From Camelus ferus (lineage: Eukaryota): a DNA stretch of 64,000 nucleotides. Below, piece after piece: positions 1 through 14,109 of this stretch (its first letter is position 1; each line of letters opens with the position of its first letter). The translations under genes were made by a program, and so were the position numbers. The notes beneath the pieces were generated by a model. It saw only the letters and a program-made list of their open reading frames with translations, searched no databases and was not told the origin of the DNA. Location of the stretch: assembly GCF_009834535.1 (NCBI RefSeq), contig NC_045696.1:85376001-85440000 (forward strand), written 5' to 3'.

Positions 1-1340
1 GAAAAATTAAAAGTGAAATACCCTAGACTGTCATTTCCCACAAATGTGTCACATGTTTATATCTAATAATGTAAGGTACCTGGGAAGCAACCTCTGCAAA
101 GAGATCCAAAAAGAATTTCCTTCTCTTAACCTCTAATACCAAACTGGAACATTCACTGCTTTCTATAACCCCAAAACCTGCATTCCTAGTTACCCTACAG
201 TTAGTAATATTGCTGCCTCTCCCTAACGTTATCATCATTTCAAGTATAGGAGATAAACAATTTTGACACATGCCTACAACCTCAGTCCCACCAAAGTTCT
301 GTGTTTTATAAGGAACTACATGTTCCTGTGACAAGAGTGTTATGATTTTCATGCTTACAACCTCCTCAAATCTATGTAATGAATTTAAAAACTACTATTT
401 ATTTGGAAACTTTAATTCCTGGAGATCATTCAAGAATGTGAATAAAACTATCTGAATAATACTTTTCAGTACCTAAGTAAGAACCCTGGATCACACTGAA
501 TATTCCTGGATCTCTGGGACACAAGGTTGTCAGAGAATTCCTAATTGAACAGGTATTGGTATCTATTTCCATTCCCACCAGTTTTCTGGTTTAATATTCC
601 TTTTAACTATACAAAAACTTCACTCTTCTTTCTCTTTTAAGTACTGAGCTCTTAATAACCTAGTCCCATGTAATAGTACATGATTATAAATTTTTAGGAG
701 AATATTCACTGGAATTAGAAGAAAAACTTCTAATTTTTCTTAGACATAACAAACTATATCTACCAGTGAATCCTGAATTGCAGTCTTTTCGCCTAGTTGG
801 ACAACCATGCAGAAAGCTCAAACATAGAATTTATTATGCCATAATTAAAACAACCATTAGTAACCAGTGAAACCTAAATAATAATTCCAAGAATTGGTAT
901 ATATTCAACAAGCTGTAGTGCAATGTAGAAAGGCTTTAAATATATTCAGCATATAAATATGCACAGGGCAGTACACATGCTGACTTAGGGAAAGTAGAAT
1001 CTATCTATCTGCCAAGAGACATACTATATAATTTTTAACATAAACAGGAGGGTTAGGAAGGGTAATGAACAAATCAAAGGGAAAAAAAAGTGTTAAGTCA
1101 ACTTACTGATATCAAATATCTCTTCTTTATAGACCCAGAGTAGGAATGGGGTCTGTTCTCTTGGCTTAGTCAAGATTCTTGACTAAAACATCATTGTTCA
1201 AGGTGTTCTGATAATTCTAATGTTAATATTTGCTTTCTGCAGAATTGTTTGCCCTGTTCTCTCTAGAGTCTTAAATGCTTCTGCAGAGCAACTCACTAGC
1301 CAGATAATTTAAATTCAACTACAAATACAAAAATCATAAG
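1..1340 (+). pseudogene. env: Decayed env gene (SU C-terminus + TM) of an ERV1/gamma-like provirus, running off the left edge
   Basis: Manual + strand translation gives env landmarks in the right order: YSWISGTQGCQRIPN*TG (501-554; cf. WxCG..LPxNWTG), IAVFSPSW (777-800, fusion-peptide-like), IQQAVVQCRKALNI (903-944; cf. ISD LQNRxALD), AQGSTHADLGKVESIYLPRD (961-1020; cf. AQGGTC..G.ECC.YIP), WGLFSWL (~1147), IIVQGVLIILMLIFAFCRIVCPVLSRVLNASAEQLTSQII* (1190-1312, TM + tail). Many stops and frameshifts. Confidence 0.8.
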
Positions 1341-1395
1341 AAGCCCTAATGGCAGCCATCACTAATGAATCTGGGACTACAATCAAAGAGTGGTA

Positions 1396-1828
1396 TTGAT
1401 CTAGAATTCTGAACAAATCTGTATGTGGTTAAATTATGAGATTCAGTCCCCCTCTTGAACAGGAGGCAGGACTGTGAGGAACCCTGGAGATCTACAATTT
1501 TTTCACTTTGAACCTCGTAGGACACTAGCACCTCCTTTAATTCATCCCCATCCTTCACAGTAGTCCTCTTATGACTTTAACTTCCACACTGCTGAAGAAA
1601 TATTGTTCAAACAATTGCTGTTAAACCACAACAGCAGATTTTCCTTCTTCCAAGAAGTGATTTTGATGAATTTCTCTTCAAATTAGGTAAACTTTAGCTA
1701 TTCTCTCTTGCTTAAGCCCTACGAAACTTCATCCATCTTCTCCAGTTCAAAACTCTCCTTCAGAACAACACTCATATGACAGCATATTATAAGAAGGCTT
1801 ACAGTTTTTTGGTTTATTTTCCTCTATA
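1396..1828 (+). mobile_element. Probable 3' LTR of the same ERV1 provirus
   Basis: Follows the env stop and a purine-rich PPT-like tract (aatcaaagagtgg, ~1381-1393), starts with TG, ends where L1 sequence begins; family not identified. Confidence 0.4.
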
Positions 1829-1834
1829 GAAATA

Positions 1835-2088
1835 AGTCATATCTTTATAATATTGATCTTTCCAGTACTTGATCATGGTATATGCCTCTATTTAACTTCA
1901 GTCTGTGATTTTTCTTGAAAGAGTATTGCATTTTTCAGTTAGGATTCTATTATGTCTTTTGTTAGAACATTTCCTAAGTTTTTGTTTATGCTGTTGTAAA
2001 TGTCATTTTATTTTAAATTTATTTTTTATTTGTGTCTCATTGCTGTACAGAAATATAACTGTTTTAAAAATATTGATCTTGTATTGAG
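1835..2088 (-). mobile_element. Old L1M ORF2 fragment
   Basis: atctttataatattgatcttt...catggtatat...gctgttgtaaatg...tacagaaatataactg...attgatcttgtat resembles antisense L1 ORF2. Confidence 0.7.
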
Positions 2089-2090
2089 GC

Positions 2091-2889
2091 ACTTTGCTCT
2101 TTATGTCAATATGGTTTTTCAACATGATCTCCTTAGCATGCTAGATTCAAGGTACCCAGACTTTTCTCATGTCAGCTCAGAGTTTTTAAGGCATTTTTCC
2201 CAGGAGAGAGATCCAGGTAGAAAAATCTATTGTCTTTCTGTTCTACCTCAGTATGCATATAATGTCACTTCTGCCAAAATTTTTGACTATATTAGTTTCT
2301 ATAACAAAACACCATAAACTGAGGGCTTAAAACAACAGAAGTTTGTTGTCTCACAGTTCTAGAGGCTAGAAGTCCAAAATCAACATGTCAGCAGGCCATG
2401 CTCCCTATGAAAACAAAATTCTTCCTTGCTTCTACCTGGTCTGGTGGTTTCCTCACACTCTTTAGTGTCCCTGGTCTTGTAGATGCATCTCTTAATCCTC
2501 TATCTTCACATGGTGTTTTCCTTATGTGTCTCTGCCTCCACATGACCACCTTCTTGTAAGGACACCAGTCAGATGAGATGAGGGGCCCATCCTACTCCAG
2601 CATGACTCCAGCATGACCTTAACTTAACCAATTACATTTGCAACAACTCTATTTTTAAATAAGTTCACCTTCTGAGGTATTAGGGGTTAGGATTTTAACA
2701 TATCTTTTATTGGAGAGCAGCAGAAAGGAGCACAATTCAACCCAGAACAGTTGTGATAGTTACAAAGATCTGTTCTATTTCAAGCGAAGGGACATAGATT
2801 CCACCTCTTAATGGAGAAATGGCAAACATACTGCAGGAATAGAATGTAAGATACTGACTTGATCATTTAGGAAGAGGCAATCTACCCCA
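2091..2889 (-). mobile_element. MLT1G/H-like MaLR LTR interrupted by MLT1C (2288-2749)
   Basis: cccaggagagagatccaggtagaa...tcacttctgcc before, and gggacatagattccacctcttaatgg...aatctacccca after the insert; similar to 59763-60390. Confidence 0.65.
2288..2749 (-). mobile_element. MLT1C-like MaLR solo LTR
   Basis: tatattagtttc...ctcacagttctagaggctagaagtccaaaatcaa...aaggacaccagtca...cacaattcaacccagaaca; ~460 bp. Confidence 0.9.
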
Positions 2890-5800
2890 GTATTTATATC
2901 CAGGCATTTGACCCTTGAATTCCCCAGTTTTTAATAATTTAAATTACATCTTTAAGTAATATTACTTTAGGAAGTCATATGCATGCTTACATTTTTGAAC
3001 TTTAAATATATGATTATATTTTCAGTATCTTTCTCTCTTCAACATGAAACAATGTAATATAAACTTCTAGAAATCTCATATTTATTACCAAAATTTCTAT
3101 AGCTATTGCTCCATTAGTTTTCTGGTATTTAAGTTTTATTTATTTATTTTTTTTAATTTAGACACCTATATGATTTTTGTCTCTGTAATTAAGCTTCATT
3201 TGTTTTGTCAGAAACTTAAAGGGCATTTCTTAATTTAAAAAAATCTTTTAAATCCAATGTTTAAAGTTTATTTTTATCAGTTGTGTCTGACATTTTGTTC
3301 TTTGGATAAGATTTATTTTTTTCCGACATCAGGGATTTCAAAAAAAATTTTTCACTTTGATTTAATTGTGACTTGATTTGATTTTAATTTTACTTTGATT
3401 AGCAAATAATAATGCTTTGATTATTATTTTTGTTTCATTAATGTGTCATACACATTCATGTGTATTACAGCTTGCCTCCCTTGGGAATTATCACTTGAAT
3501 CTGGACTCCTATATTTTATCATCTATAGCAATTATATTTCTTCTTGTCATTTTTATTTCTTTGAATTTCTCAAAATTTCCTTCCTTTTATTTGTTTGCTT
3601 TTCTCTAGTGTCTCTTTCACTATTCATTGCCTCCAATGGTTTTTAAAGCCTTTTCATATTTTTCATACTTTCAGCAATTTCTTTTGCATCTTAGCCTCGA
3701 TGTTCTGTGATATAAAAATATTTGCCATCGCATGAGTAAATTAAACTTTGGAAGGATCAATATATTTTTGGTATGTATTTGTGATAACATGTGATAGGAC
3801 ATCTTCTAGACTATCTAGAAAAGAAGCCAGAAATTCTATTGATGTCAGCCATCTTCTGATTTTTCTTTGCAATGGGAATAAAAAAAATTAACATTAAAAC
3901 AAGTATTTTTAATCAAGGTAGATCAAATCCATGATGTGTAAATCTTAATTTAAACAATATAAAATACCTTAAATGCTTGCATTGAGAATGAATGAGTAAT
4001 TATTCTGATTTTAATTTGATTACATGACCTCCTACTGTATTTAGAGAATTTTTTAGACTAGCCTTAATTAGTCTTTGCCATGGTCAGGGAGCTAATATAA
4101 TTCCATTATGAGTGGACATTATAAATTTTATAACACATGTTAGAAACTGAGGAAGCGTTAGGAGGAAAAAATGATTAGAACACACTTTTTCTCTGCAAGA
4201 GCTACAGCCCTGAAATTTCCCATGGATATTCACCAATGCCCTAAAAGCAAACCCCTGTCATTTGTCTTCAATGGCTGCAAACAATGTCAAGTCTGGTTGG
4301 AGAATGTCTTGATATCTTTGAGTTGTTTCAGCTTTTAATTCATAGGGACTTAAAAGTATAACTTTGAATTTAATTCATAGGCCCTCAGAATATCTTTTGA
4401 GAATTTAATGCATGGGGATTTAAAAGAAATGTAAAACTCTGCCCATTTTCTTCAACTCCGGAAATCTGTATCTTTGTGATAAAAAAAAAAAAGTAAAAAA
4501 AACCTGTCAGCCTAGAAAGAGAAAGCATCTTAATCTGAGTAGATGATAAAATACCGTGAAATGTGAAAATCATTAAGTTAAAATATTTAGGCAACCTCAA
4601 GCTAAAGAAGACTGCCTAGATCCTGCCATAGTCATTAACAGATTTAAACGGGCTTATTTAGTCATAGTTTTTTAAAGTATAAATTATACAGACACAGAAT
4701 GATCATTTTGAAAGTGACCTAAAAAACAAGTACACCCCAGCTATTCTGTATCTGGAAAACAAAACAGAACAAAATGCAGCAAAAAACTAAGGCCAAGTTA
4801 AGCTTTTAGATGACTTGGGTAAGTTTACAGAGCCAAATTATAGCAGCCTCGTGTTATATCCTGGGTCACTGAAATCAAGTTAAGCTCTTTAAAATATATC
4901 TACTTTATCGCATACAATTATATGAATGGGCTATTTTAGAGATTCCTTAAAATATGATTTTTTAAATTAAAGGAGTGTGAAGATTCCAACGCCTCATAAT
5001 AACCCTGCAGGGTGAATCATTATTTGTGCCACAGCAAGTCAGGTACAATCTCTTAGGCTGCTCCCTATAATCATACTAACAGTTATTTTCCCAAAATGTT
5101 ATTATAAGAAAACTATCTCTGGGACATCAAAAGAAACAAATGCATCATGCGTGTTGGTCTTGCAAATACATCAGCCACATGCCGACTGAAGAGCAACAGC
5201 ATCAACTGTACTAAAATTTAACTGACAAGGCAAGATCTGTTCATACTATTTTTTCAAGTTTACGTAGAAACATGGAAAGGTACACAAATAACAAAATTAA
5301 CCTACCATCCGGGATTGATAATTGTGAGTCATTATGGGTCATTTTTATTTAAGATTAAAAAAAAAGAAAGAAAATAGAACATATTGTTTGTCACCTTTTT
5401 GGTCTTCCCAGAACATCTAAATTCATGTTTTTAAAAAAGGGAAAATAAGGGAAAAAACTGACTACTTCAGCAAAGTTTAATATTTTTAAATGTTTGTAAT
5501 AATGGCCATTGAGTGGCTCTATTTATAAACAGAAGTACAAAAAAAGAGATGGAGAAGAACACAGAGGACTAAAATCTGATTTTTCCAGACTTTGTTTTCA
5601 CTTAATTTAAAACAATCCCATGTGATTATATCATTAACCAGCACATCGAATGCTTCCGATCAGATTGTTGCTCAATTACGTCAAAAGTACACTGAGTAGT
5701 CATTAAAAAATAGATAAATTCTAAGAGATATGGGACAACATGAGGAAATGAGTATAGGAGAAAACAGAAGATTGTAAGTATTCATTTTGATATACAAAAG

Positions 5801-6884
5801 GAAGAAGAAGACTCGAACTTGCATATTATTATTTTCTTTCTACTGATAAAAACCTTAGCTAAATGTTGTGGATATAGAAATCAAGCTGATAAGTGCTAAG
5901 GGTTCTTTCTGTGTTACATCCATAATAACTAGACAATGCTTAAAAGTTAGTTCATGTCTAATTCAAAGACTGCTATGAGACTGTCGAATGTAGGTGTTTA
6001 GCCCATTTTGGGGGGTGGTGGATGGGAGTACTGTGATTGAATGATTTACAAAATAATTGCTCTATAATTTTTGGATTAAAATACTTTAAAGAGGAGAATT
6101 GTATTTACAAAGGAGAAATTCTTTAACTTCACCCATTGGGATATTGATTTCATAGTGCTGTATGTAAGTGACATATTAGTACATTCCCAAACCCCGTTAC
6201 CTTTCCTCAAGAAAGTGATTGTAGAGTAACGAGATACTCTGTGCATCACATGGAGACTAGAGACGAAAACAACTTGATCCAGAAAAACCCCCTTTGACTT
6301 GCTGAGACAGAGTGCTCAAACAAGATGGGCATGAGATATGTGGCTTGAGAACACTGATGCTATTTCACGGGTGTAGAAAATGTAATTTTATCTTTTTGGT
6401 TAAATAATACGTAGAAAAAAGACGGGGCATGTATTGAGCTGGATATAAACATGGGTTAGTTTTAACTTAACATTGGTTTAAAATAAAAGTTTCTTTTATA
6501 GTCATTCTTGTTAAATTATCACTCCAAAAAAACACCTCAAGGAAAGTCTCAGAAAATGTATGAAAATCTTTTTACATATGAACAATATGGTATTTGTATA
6601 TTTTGTTTGTTTCATTCTTTTTATAACCCCCCAAAATAATAAATAACTACTGAACCTTTTTGGATAACATTCTGAAGACATGGGATTACATAATAAACAA
6701 TTCCACAGATAATTTTGTGCCACTATCATATACTACTATTATATATATAGTATATTGTATATTGTACATATATTGGATATGTATTCAGTAGATACCAAAG
6801 TGACAAGTTGGATTTGTCATTTATAAGTGAAACAGTATATGAATTAACGACACATTCTCCAGTTTCATTTATCAGACAGGAGAA

Positions 6885-7065
6885 CTAGCATTAATTGAGC
6901 AGCTACTGTGTGTCTGTTCCCTGCCTACTGTTTTATAAATATCACCTAATTTAATTTTCCTTACAGTTCCAGGAAGTATTACATAATAATATTCCTACTT
7001 TTTTTTTTGGATTGAGCAATTGAGCTTTAGGAAGGTTAATTATCTAGCCCAAATAGGTACACAGT
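6885..7065 (-). mobile_element. MIR SINE
   Basis: attgagcagctactgtgtg...atttaattttccttac...tgagctttaggaaggttaattatctagcccaa matches antisense MIR core. Confidence 0.7.
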
Positions 7066-8739
7066 GATGTTGACTTAATTTTCGTGTAGGAATTCCTAAA
7101 ATTCCTAAAAAGATTCCTAAAATCTTCATTCTTTTTCCATAAGAGGAAACGAACCTCTTAGAGTGTGTGGTCCTTAGAATAAATCTGTAGTACCTCTTTC
7201 CTAGCAAAGACAATGAATAGATAGAATTTCATCCATACGTAAAACAAACATGGAAGAAATCATTTATTTGAGCTGAGAAAGAGCTCCTTTCTCAATCTGC
7301 TTCATCAGAAATGTTATTATGAATTCTTGGTTTAAAAAAAAAATGTGTCCATATGACCTGCATTTCAGTTCATTCCTCTCTGAAAATTTCCAATGTCTGT
7401 CATAGGCCTTTCCCCAAATAGTTGAATTTAGGAAAGCAAATGATAAGGTGAACTAAAAGGAAAAGTAGAACAGATTGCTTTAGAACTTTATATATATCCT
7501 ATTTACAGCGACTGACAGAGTCAAGAATTTTCTGAAACAAATAGTAATGTTCCACAAAAGCCTGAATGCTGAGGGGGAAAAAAAAAGATATAAAGCTCAG
7601 TGTTTCAGCTTCCTCAGTTCTTTCTCTGATCTGACACTAGTTAGTGCCCCTTTCTACTCCTTCAGCATTTGCGAAAGAGAATCCTGTCCCATGGAGTAAA
7701 TATTAGGGTTATTAGAAAGGACACTGTGATTATAGTGATGTATATACTTGGTGGAAATACTTTCTATTATGCTTTGTAGCCCGTGCTGGTCATGGTCACC
7801 ACATAGTCATGATCACGTAGAAGAGGTGAGGGGGGAGGATGGGGAAAATCAATTAAATTCTTCAAGGATACCAGGCAGAAATTAATTGCTTAATCAATAG
7901 CTGTAACATCAAATTTGATTTCTAGAACTCTGATATAGTATTAATTATTATTCCTTCATTATATAGTGAATTAATTTGAAGTGAAGCTACTTTGGTTTTT
8001 GCCCCCAAGTAGGACACATTTAGTGAAGGGAGATGGAAATTTATTAATTAAGTACAATAGAAGACTGCAGGTAATATAATGTAACGGCAGCACAAGGTCC
8101 ATTTTACACTAGGAGACAAGGATATAAGGATGGACTTTGTAAAGTAGAAAACTCTGTATTTTTGGGTCTATTTTGCAAAATGTATATTCCCTCCTTTCAT
8201 AATCAGTTGTCTATACCTTCACCCCATTCAGCATTATATTACATGCTCCTTGAATACATGCGCCTTCTACACTGCATGTCCCTTTCTATAAGGAAGTTAA
8301 GATTATTTAATGTATGGCTTAATCTCCTAGTTGAGTATTACCTTATTAGATATTGTTAAAGAAGAAACACCACAGATAAAATATTTTAACAAAGCAAAAA
8401 TATTTTTGTTAAGATTAATTGGCTTATTAATAATTTATTTAAGGTACCAAAGTTCAATAATCTTTACTGTACATTTCCCTAAGTGACTTATCTTAAAAGA
8501 TTTTATAAAGCAGTAGATTTGCTCAAAGCTAGGGTTCGTTTGTAATGTTTCTGCTTGATGATTGTTCTTCTTAGGGGCTGTGCCTTTGTTACTGAAAGGT
8601 ATTGTAAGTTGAACCAAAGTTGTGCTGCCATTAAAACTTTCTAAAATTACACTACGGTAGCCAGAGCTCACAATAATTTTTTTCCTTATCATAAGCAATT
8701 AATAAATTGTGATTGAATATCTAGCTGATCAACGCCTAT

Positions 8740-8840
8740 CTTCTACAGAGTACTGTACTTGAAGGCAGAGATTATATTGTCTTTTTATCTTCTGTAGCAC
8801 CTGACCTACAGACACTGAAGAAAAATTGGTTAAAATGAAG
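8740..8840 (+). mobile_element. L2 3' tail fragment
   Basis: cttgaaggcagagattatattgtc...gtagcacctgacc...ggttaaaatgaa. Confidence 0.45.
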
Positions 8841-9611
8841 TATATTTCATTTTCTATATTTTATATTTGTTCACAGTGAGCTCCCTTTGTGCCCTGAATC
8901 ACTATATTAAGTAGAAGAAAATAAATAGAATGTGTAATAAGTTATCATAAACAACTGAATGCCAATTGTTATTGATTTAATCTTAACCATTACACAATTT
9001 ATGCCATATATAATTCTGCTCAGCTATGCAACCATCTACACTTCACATTTTTAAACAGAAGTCCAGCGCCCTCAGAAAGGTTCCTATTTAATTTAGTCAC
9101 TTAATCCTATTCTTACTTGTACTATTTATTTTACTATCCCATTCCCCTTTGGCCCCTAAGCCCTTATTTTACATTTATGAGTTCCTTTCTTCCACAATAA
9201 GTTTTAAAAATCCCAGCCCATGAATAGTCTTTTGTACCTAATGGTTCTAAACCACTGCGACCTTATTTAACAACTTTTCCATTACCCTTTAGGCATATTC
9301 TCATTGTTTCACAATCTAAATGGTATTTCCGTTTCCATCACTTTTTATTTCTTTTTCTCTAAGCCCCCTAGCCTGAACAGAAGTCCTCTAATTTGTTGCT
9401 GTTTTGTTTCTCATCCTTGAGACTGCATTCAATTTGACTGGTATTAAATGAAGAAATAAAGATTAATACTTATAGAAATTCATGCAAATAACAATTATTG
9501 TGTAGGAGAAAATATTTTTCTTTAAATGTTGACCACTTGCTTTGTTTGTATTATTAACATATCTTCAGCCAATTCATAGGTATTTGTGTGTCAAAGTCCT
9601 CTGTTACACAC

Positions 9612-10304
9612 TGTTAAGGAAATGTAACTAAAAACAAAATTTCCTTCCAACCCAGATAAAGGTTCAACAAATATAGAAAAGAAAGAAAACAATTTTATTA
9701 TTGAATAAGCATTGAAGCAGATGCTAGGCACATCACAGGCAATTTCTAAGAGATTGTTAAGATAGGAAGAACTCTCAGTCTTTCATATAATCAAGTAGAT
9801 GCAGGCATTGCACACATATTCTCAAGATAAACAAACAATCATTAGTCCTCAAGTAAGGGAAATTGACACCACCACTTGCACATATAGTTCATCCTAATTT
9901 CATCTGGAAATGAGATGACCATTTGTGTTAGCTAATTGGTTTTATTTTAAAAAAACAACAACAACCCAATATCTATGGCAGGTGGGAATTTTGGAGCCAA
10001 GAGCTCACTGAAGCTAGGCTTCTACATTCCCATAGGCACTGAGAGATAGGGGATGATTACATCGCAAAGAGATGTTCCCAGGTCCTTGAGAAAGACATTT
10101 CTGGTTTGTAAACCTGACAAGAGGCTTATTTAGGTTTCAAAATGATTTCCAGCATACCCAAGGGACAGAGAAAGAATTTACAATTATAATTTTTTTTGTT
10201 TTGTTTTTAATGCAATGCTCTGAAAGAAAGGGGGCAGGGAAAGGAGTCTCTTTTCATTTTGTACCAGGGATTTTTTTTTTTTCTGATTTATATTTACCCT
10301 TATA
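9612..10304 (-). mobile_element. ERV1 solo LTR, MER39/MER34 group
   Basis: 693 bp; antisense of MER39-like consensus (ttttattattgaataagcatt, ctcaagataaacaa, agtcctcaagtaag, cccaggtccttgagaaagacatt, tttacccttata); 4-bp TSD ACAC at 9608-9611 and 10305-10308. Confidence 0.9.
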
Positions 10305-10375
10305 ACACCCTGGGGCTATAAATAATTCTTGCCAGGGAATAAATGTTGAAAGATGCTTTCAACAAGATTCTATCC

Positions 10376-10376
10376 C

Positions 10377-10412
<36 letters not shown>
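10376..10412. repeat. (CT)n(CA)n compound microsatellite
   Basis: Seen directly. Confidence 0.95.
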
Positions 10413-12343
10413 CAGTAGCTGTACTTGGTGCTAGTAGCAGGTTGTGATCTCTGTTTCTGATGTTTTTGACCTTGTTAGATATTTTCATTTCAAGGAAAGA
10501 CATTTAGATACTTAGTGATATTTTATTGCTATAACTGCACTTTAAAATGATTGTTCTTAATCTTTGTAACTTTTGTTCAACAAATAATAATTGGAGTGCT
10601 TCTTTGTATAAAGGATTGCAGTTTTTGTATGATCATGATACACTTCTTGCTGTTGTTACTTAAAGTATCATACATTCTTCTAAAGTTTCAAATAGATTTT
10701 TTAAAATTCATAACATATGCAAAAAGTCTATTTTTAAGTTAGGAACGCATACAAATGATCTTTTAAAAAGTCTTTGAATAAGTGTAACATCATCTTATTA
10801 ATGTATTTATTGTATGGGTTAACTTGTCCTCTCTAAAAATCGTTTCATAGTTATCTTTTTCAGTTTTTCCTTTTCCTTTAGTGAAATTACACTTTTCAGT
10901 GACAATTAACAGTCAATGCCATTGCTATGTCTAGATAAATTTAGAACATCTGTTGTAAAATCACTACAAAGGACATTCTGATTCTCACAAAGCTTGTATT
11001 GTAAGCCCTTAATTTCCTGTCTCAAATCTTGCAGGATATAGACAATCTACATGACACTGGCATATTTATTAACAGACTCTTTACTGTAGCTTGGGGTATT
11101 TTTCTTGATAAATGGATTGCTTTATATAATTTAGATTTTCCATTTGATAACTATATTCAAGTACCCTAATTATAAGTTTAATTCTGCTATACAATCGCCC
11201 TCTTTTTCTCATCTTGCTTCTTTTCCTCTCTCTTCTCTCCCTAACTCACTCTTGATAAATTTTAATGCATCAAAGGAACACATGTGCTTTCCACGGACTA
11301 TTTTTATAGTAGTCTTAAGAGTGTTTGAAATCCTGTTTTGTACTATATTGCCATAGTTTAGGCTCAACTTTGTTACTTAATTCTGAAATTTAACTGTATT
11401 CCATTTTTCATGTAATCATCATTTTTTGTGCTTTATTACTTGATAATAATTATGAGGGAAATTATTATTGAAAGTTATTTATCTTACTAAAAGGAGTCCC
11501 ATTGGGTGGAATTGCCATTACTGTGACAGCAGTGGAACTGGCTGCAATTATTCCTCTGATTAGGAATTAGAGAACAGCATCCAATATTCAAATAAAAATC
11601 CCTAATATTTAAAGACAGTAAATTCTGAAATTCTCAAGGAATTTATAAAAGGATTACGTTAACTATGAAAACATTATGGCAAAACATAATTTAAAAACAG
11701 CAAGTCTCAAATCAGTTGAGACTTTTCCAACTACTGACAATTCTACAAATCCTTGGCTAGCGTAAGCTGTTGTACCCTTCTGAAAGTAAGTGCAGCATAT
11801 TGCAAAACAAAACATCGATACATTTAAATTCAACCTCTCTGAAGCAGTATTTCCAAGGAGGTTACAGATTTTCTTTAAGTGCATCAAGCAATTGTCAGAG
11901 GGCAGTGGCCATGATTAACATGGGTTCCTATGCAGTGTTCTTCTCTCTTACATTGAGGCAAGTTAGGCAGAAAAGGATGGACACTGAATAATAAGGTTAA
12001 AAATTTATGATTAAAAACTCCCATATTATCCAAGACCCTTAACCTGATACCTTCTAGTAAAAAGTCATACATTTTATCAGCCATCTAAATGTCTCCTTCC
12101 CTGGGATTTATTATCATAGCAGTTTTTTTTTTTAAATATGTTTCTTTTGTCATCTGATGTTGAAGTTCCTACTTCAGTTCACTTCAGACTTACAAGACTA
12201 AGCACAAATGCACTGTGGTTAAGATAATTGATCCTACAAGACAAAAACAAATTAATTCCAAGTGACAAAACTATGTTATTTCCCTATGTGATGTTATTAA
12301 TATTAGGGAGATTCCAAAATTTCTACTCATGCAGCATTAGAGG

Positions 12344-12535
12344 CAGTGCTTTTCAAATTTTAACCTGCATCAGGATCATCCGGAGGGCTTATGTACACGG
12401 AATCCTGGGCCCTGCCTGGGATCCCAGAGGTTCCAGGTTAGTTGGTTTGGGAGAGGCAAGGCAAGACCTCACATTTCTGACAAGATTCCAGATGATGCTA
12501 TGCTACTGGTCTAGAAGTCACACTTTGAAAATCAC
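12344..12535. mobile_element. MER5A (hAT-Charlie MITE)
   Basis: cagtgcttttcaaa...tgcatcaggatcatccggagggctt...catttctgacaag...cacactttgaaaatcac; degenerate 8-bp TSD attagagg/attagaaa. Confidence 0.88.
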
Positions 12536-12924
12536 ATTAGAAAACCAGGTGACTCATTTTGAAGTAGCATTTGCATAGTAACCTAGCTGTTATTAATTAG
12601 TTGGTAAAGTTTTTATAAAGACTATTTCATTCATATTTTATTTTGAGAAAATGTCAGGAACCTATGTTAAGAATTTTTTTTTAAATTTGAAGTGAGTGGG
12701 GCAATTATAGAAATAACATGGGAAATGAAGCCCACTTTTGGGATCTCTACTGTATTTTTAGGGTGTTATCTGGTATCAAAGTTTGTAAAAAAAAAATCAT
12801 GTTTGATGAAGTTGATGAGGATAGTATTAAAGGAAGAGAAGACTATAAAGGGCTTAGTAAACAAAACAGCCCCTGATACTACAGAGCTCTTAAACTCTGA
12901 GACAAGTGTCAACAGTTGCCTTAC

Positions 12925-12994
12925 CTTTGTTTCTCTTCTGATTTATTTTTCCTTTGTTTTTCCTGGAAAGAATGGAGTGTGCATTCGAGGAGAC
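12925..12994 (-). other. Candidate exon (70 nt)
   Basis: Minus strand gttttgtttatatatcatatag| ... AAG|GTAAGG; purine-rich body; no recognisable protein. Confidence 0.27.
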
Positions 12995-13914
12995 CTATAT
13001 GATATATAAACAAAACTCAGTGAGAAATCTTAAAAAGTCTTTTTTGTTGTTGTTCCAAGAAAATTATTTTTAATAGAAAAAAAATCACAATTTCATATTT
13101 AATCTACAATGGGCAGAAAGGTTGCATAATCAGAAAAAAATCAAATAATTCAAAGGAATAACTTATCTTAGTGAAACACGTTTCTTCTTGTTTAGTCATA
13201 TTCCTGTAGTTATCCAAAGATGTTCTGGGTGTAGAAAGTAAAGTCATAAATTTGCAGTAATTTTTAAGGAACTTAACAACCTTTGGAAAGATCCTTTAGT
13301 GGTTTCATCTTCCCCTACTCTTCAGTATAGCTTCAATATCTTTTTTGCTATAATTCTAAATTTGTCTTTTTAAAATAACCATTTGATAATAATTATATAT
13401 GTACCTCTCCACTTCTAAAATCTTTACTCTTCTTTTATTTATTATGTCTGACGTATGCTAAGAACAAAAAGAGATCCCTTACAAAATAATAGCTTGTAGT
13501 AATAGCAACAGACAGTTTTCTTGATAAAGAAAGGACAAATGTGCTACACATAAGTTACTAGTATCTACTGTTCCAAAGAATACAAGTGATAGGCAACATT
13601 TTTCGGTTGTTTGTAAAGAAAATAGTGGTACCAAATATGCAATCATTTAAGTGATGTCCTGATTAGAAAACTCAAGGCTTTAAAAAAAAACCCTAAAATT
13701 CACTCATTGTTTATAAACTCTTTTGCCTTATGTTCTTTTGGATTAGAAGTTTTTAAAAACATCAGAATTAGTAAAAATAACATTTTATTGGACTTCTATT
13801 TATAATTTTGAAAATAAAATAGTATCACTAGAATTTAACAAAAGAGAGGAAAGAAAATTTAGATACCAACTGGTTGAACACCTATTTGATGTATGAATTA
13901 TTTCTTTAACTTTA

Positions 13915-14090
13915 ATTCATTCATTAATTTAAAAATATTTATTGAACCTCTGTTGTGGGGGGAAGACACTGTTCCATTTACTAGGTTCATAAAATAATTA
14001 ATGTGTAGTTCCTGTTTCAACAAATTTGCAAAGATCTAGGGAAAAGAGTCAAGTGGATAAATCACGACTGCATTAAGTATAAAAGTAACG
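13915..14090 (-). mobile_element. L2 3' fragment
   Basis: attcattcatt...aatatttattgaac...gacactgttc...gttcctgtttcaac. Confidence 0.6.
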
Positions 14091-14109
14091 GAAACACAGA
14101 AAGATCTGT

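Noticed and set aside
23..352. 109-aa minus-strand ORF (and 1346-1558), considered as a bornavirus/RNA-virus EVE
   Set aside because: Antisense to the env relic and LTR; resemblance to L-protein motifs is superficial
11702..11724. Perfect 9-bp hairpin aagtctcaa/ttgagactt
   Set aside because: A few such stems are expected by chance in 64 kb; too short for a pre-miRNA
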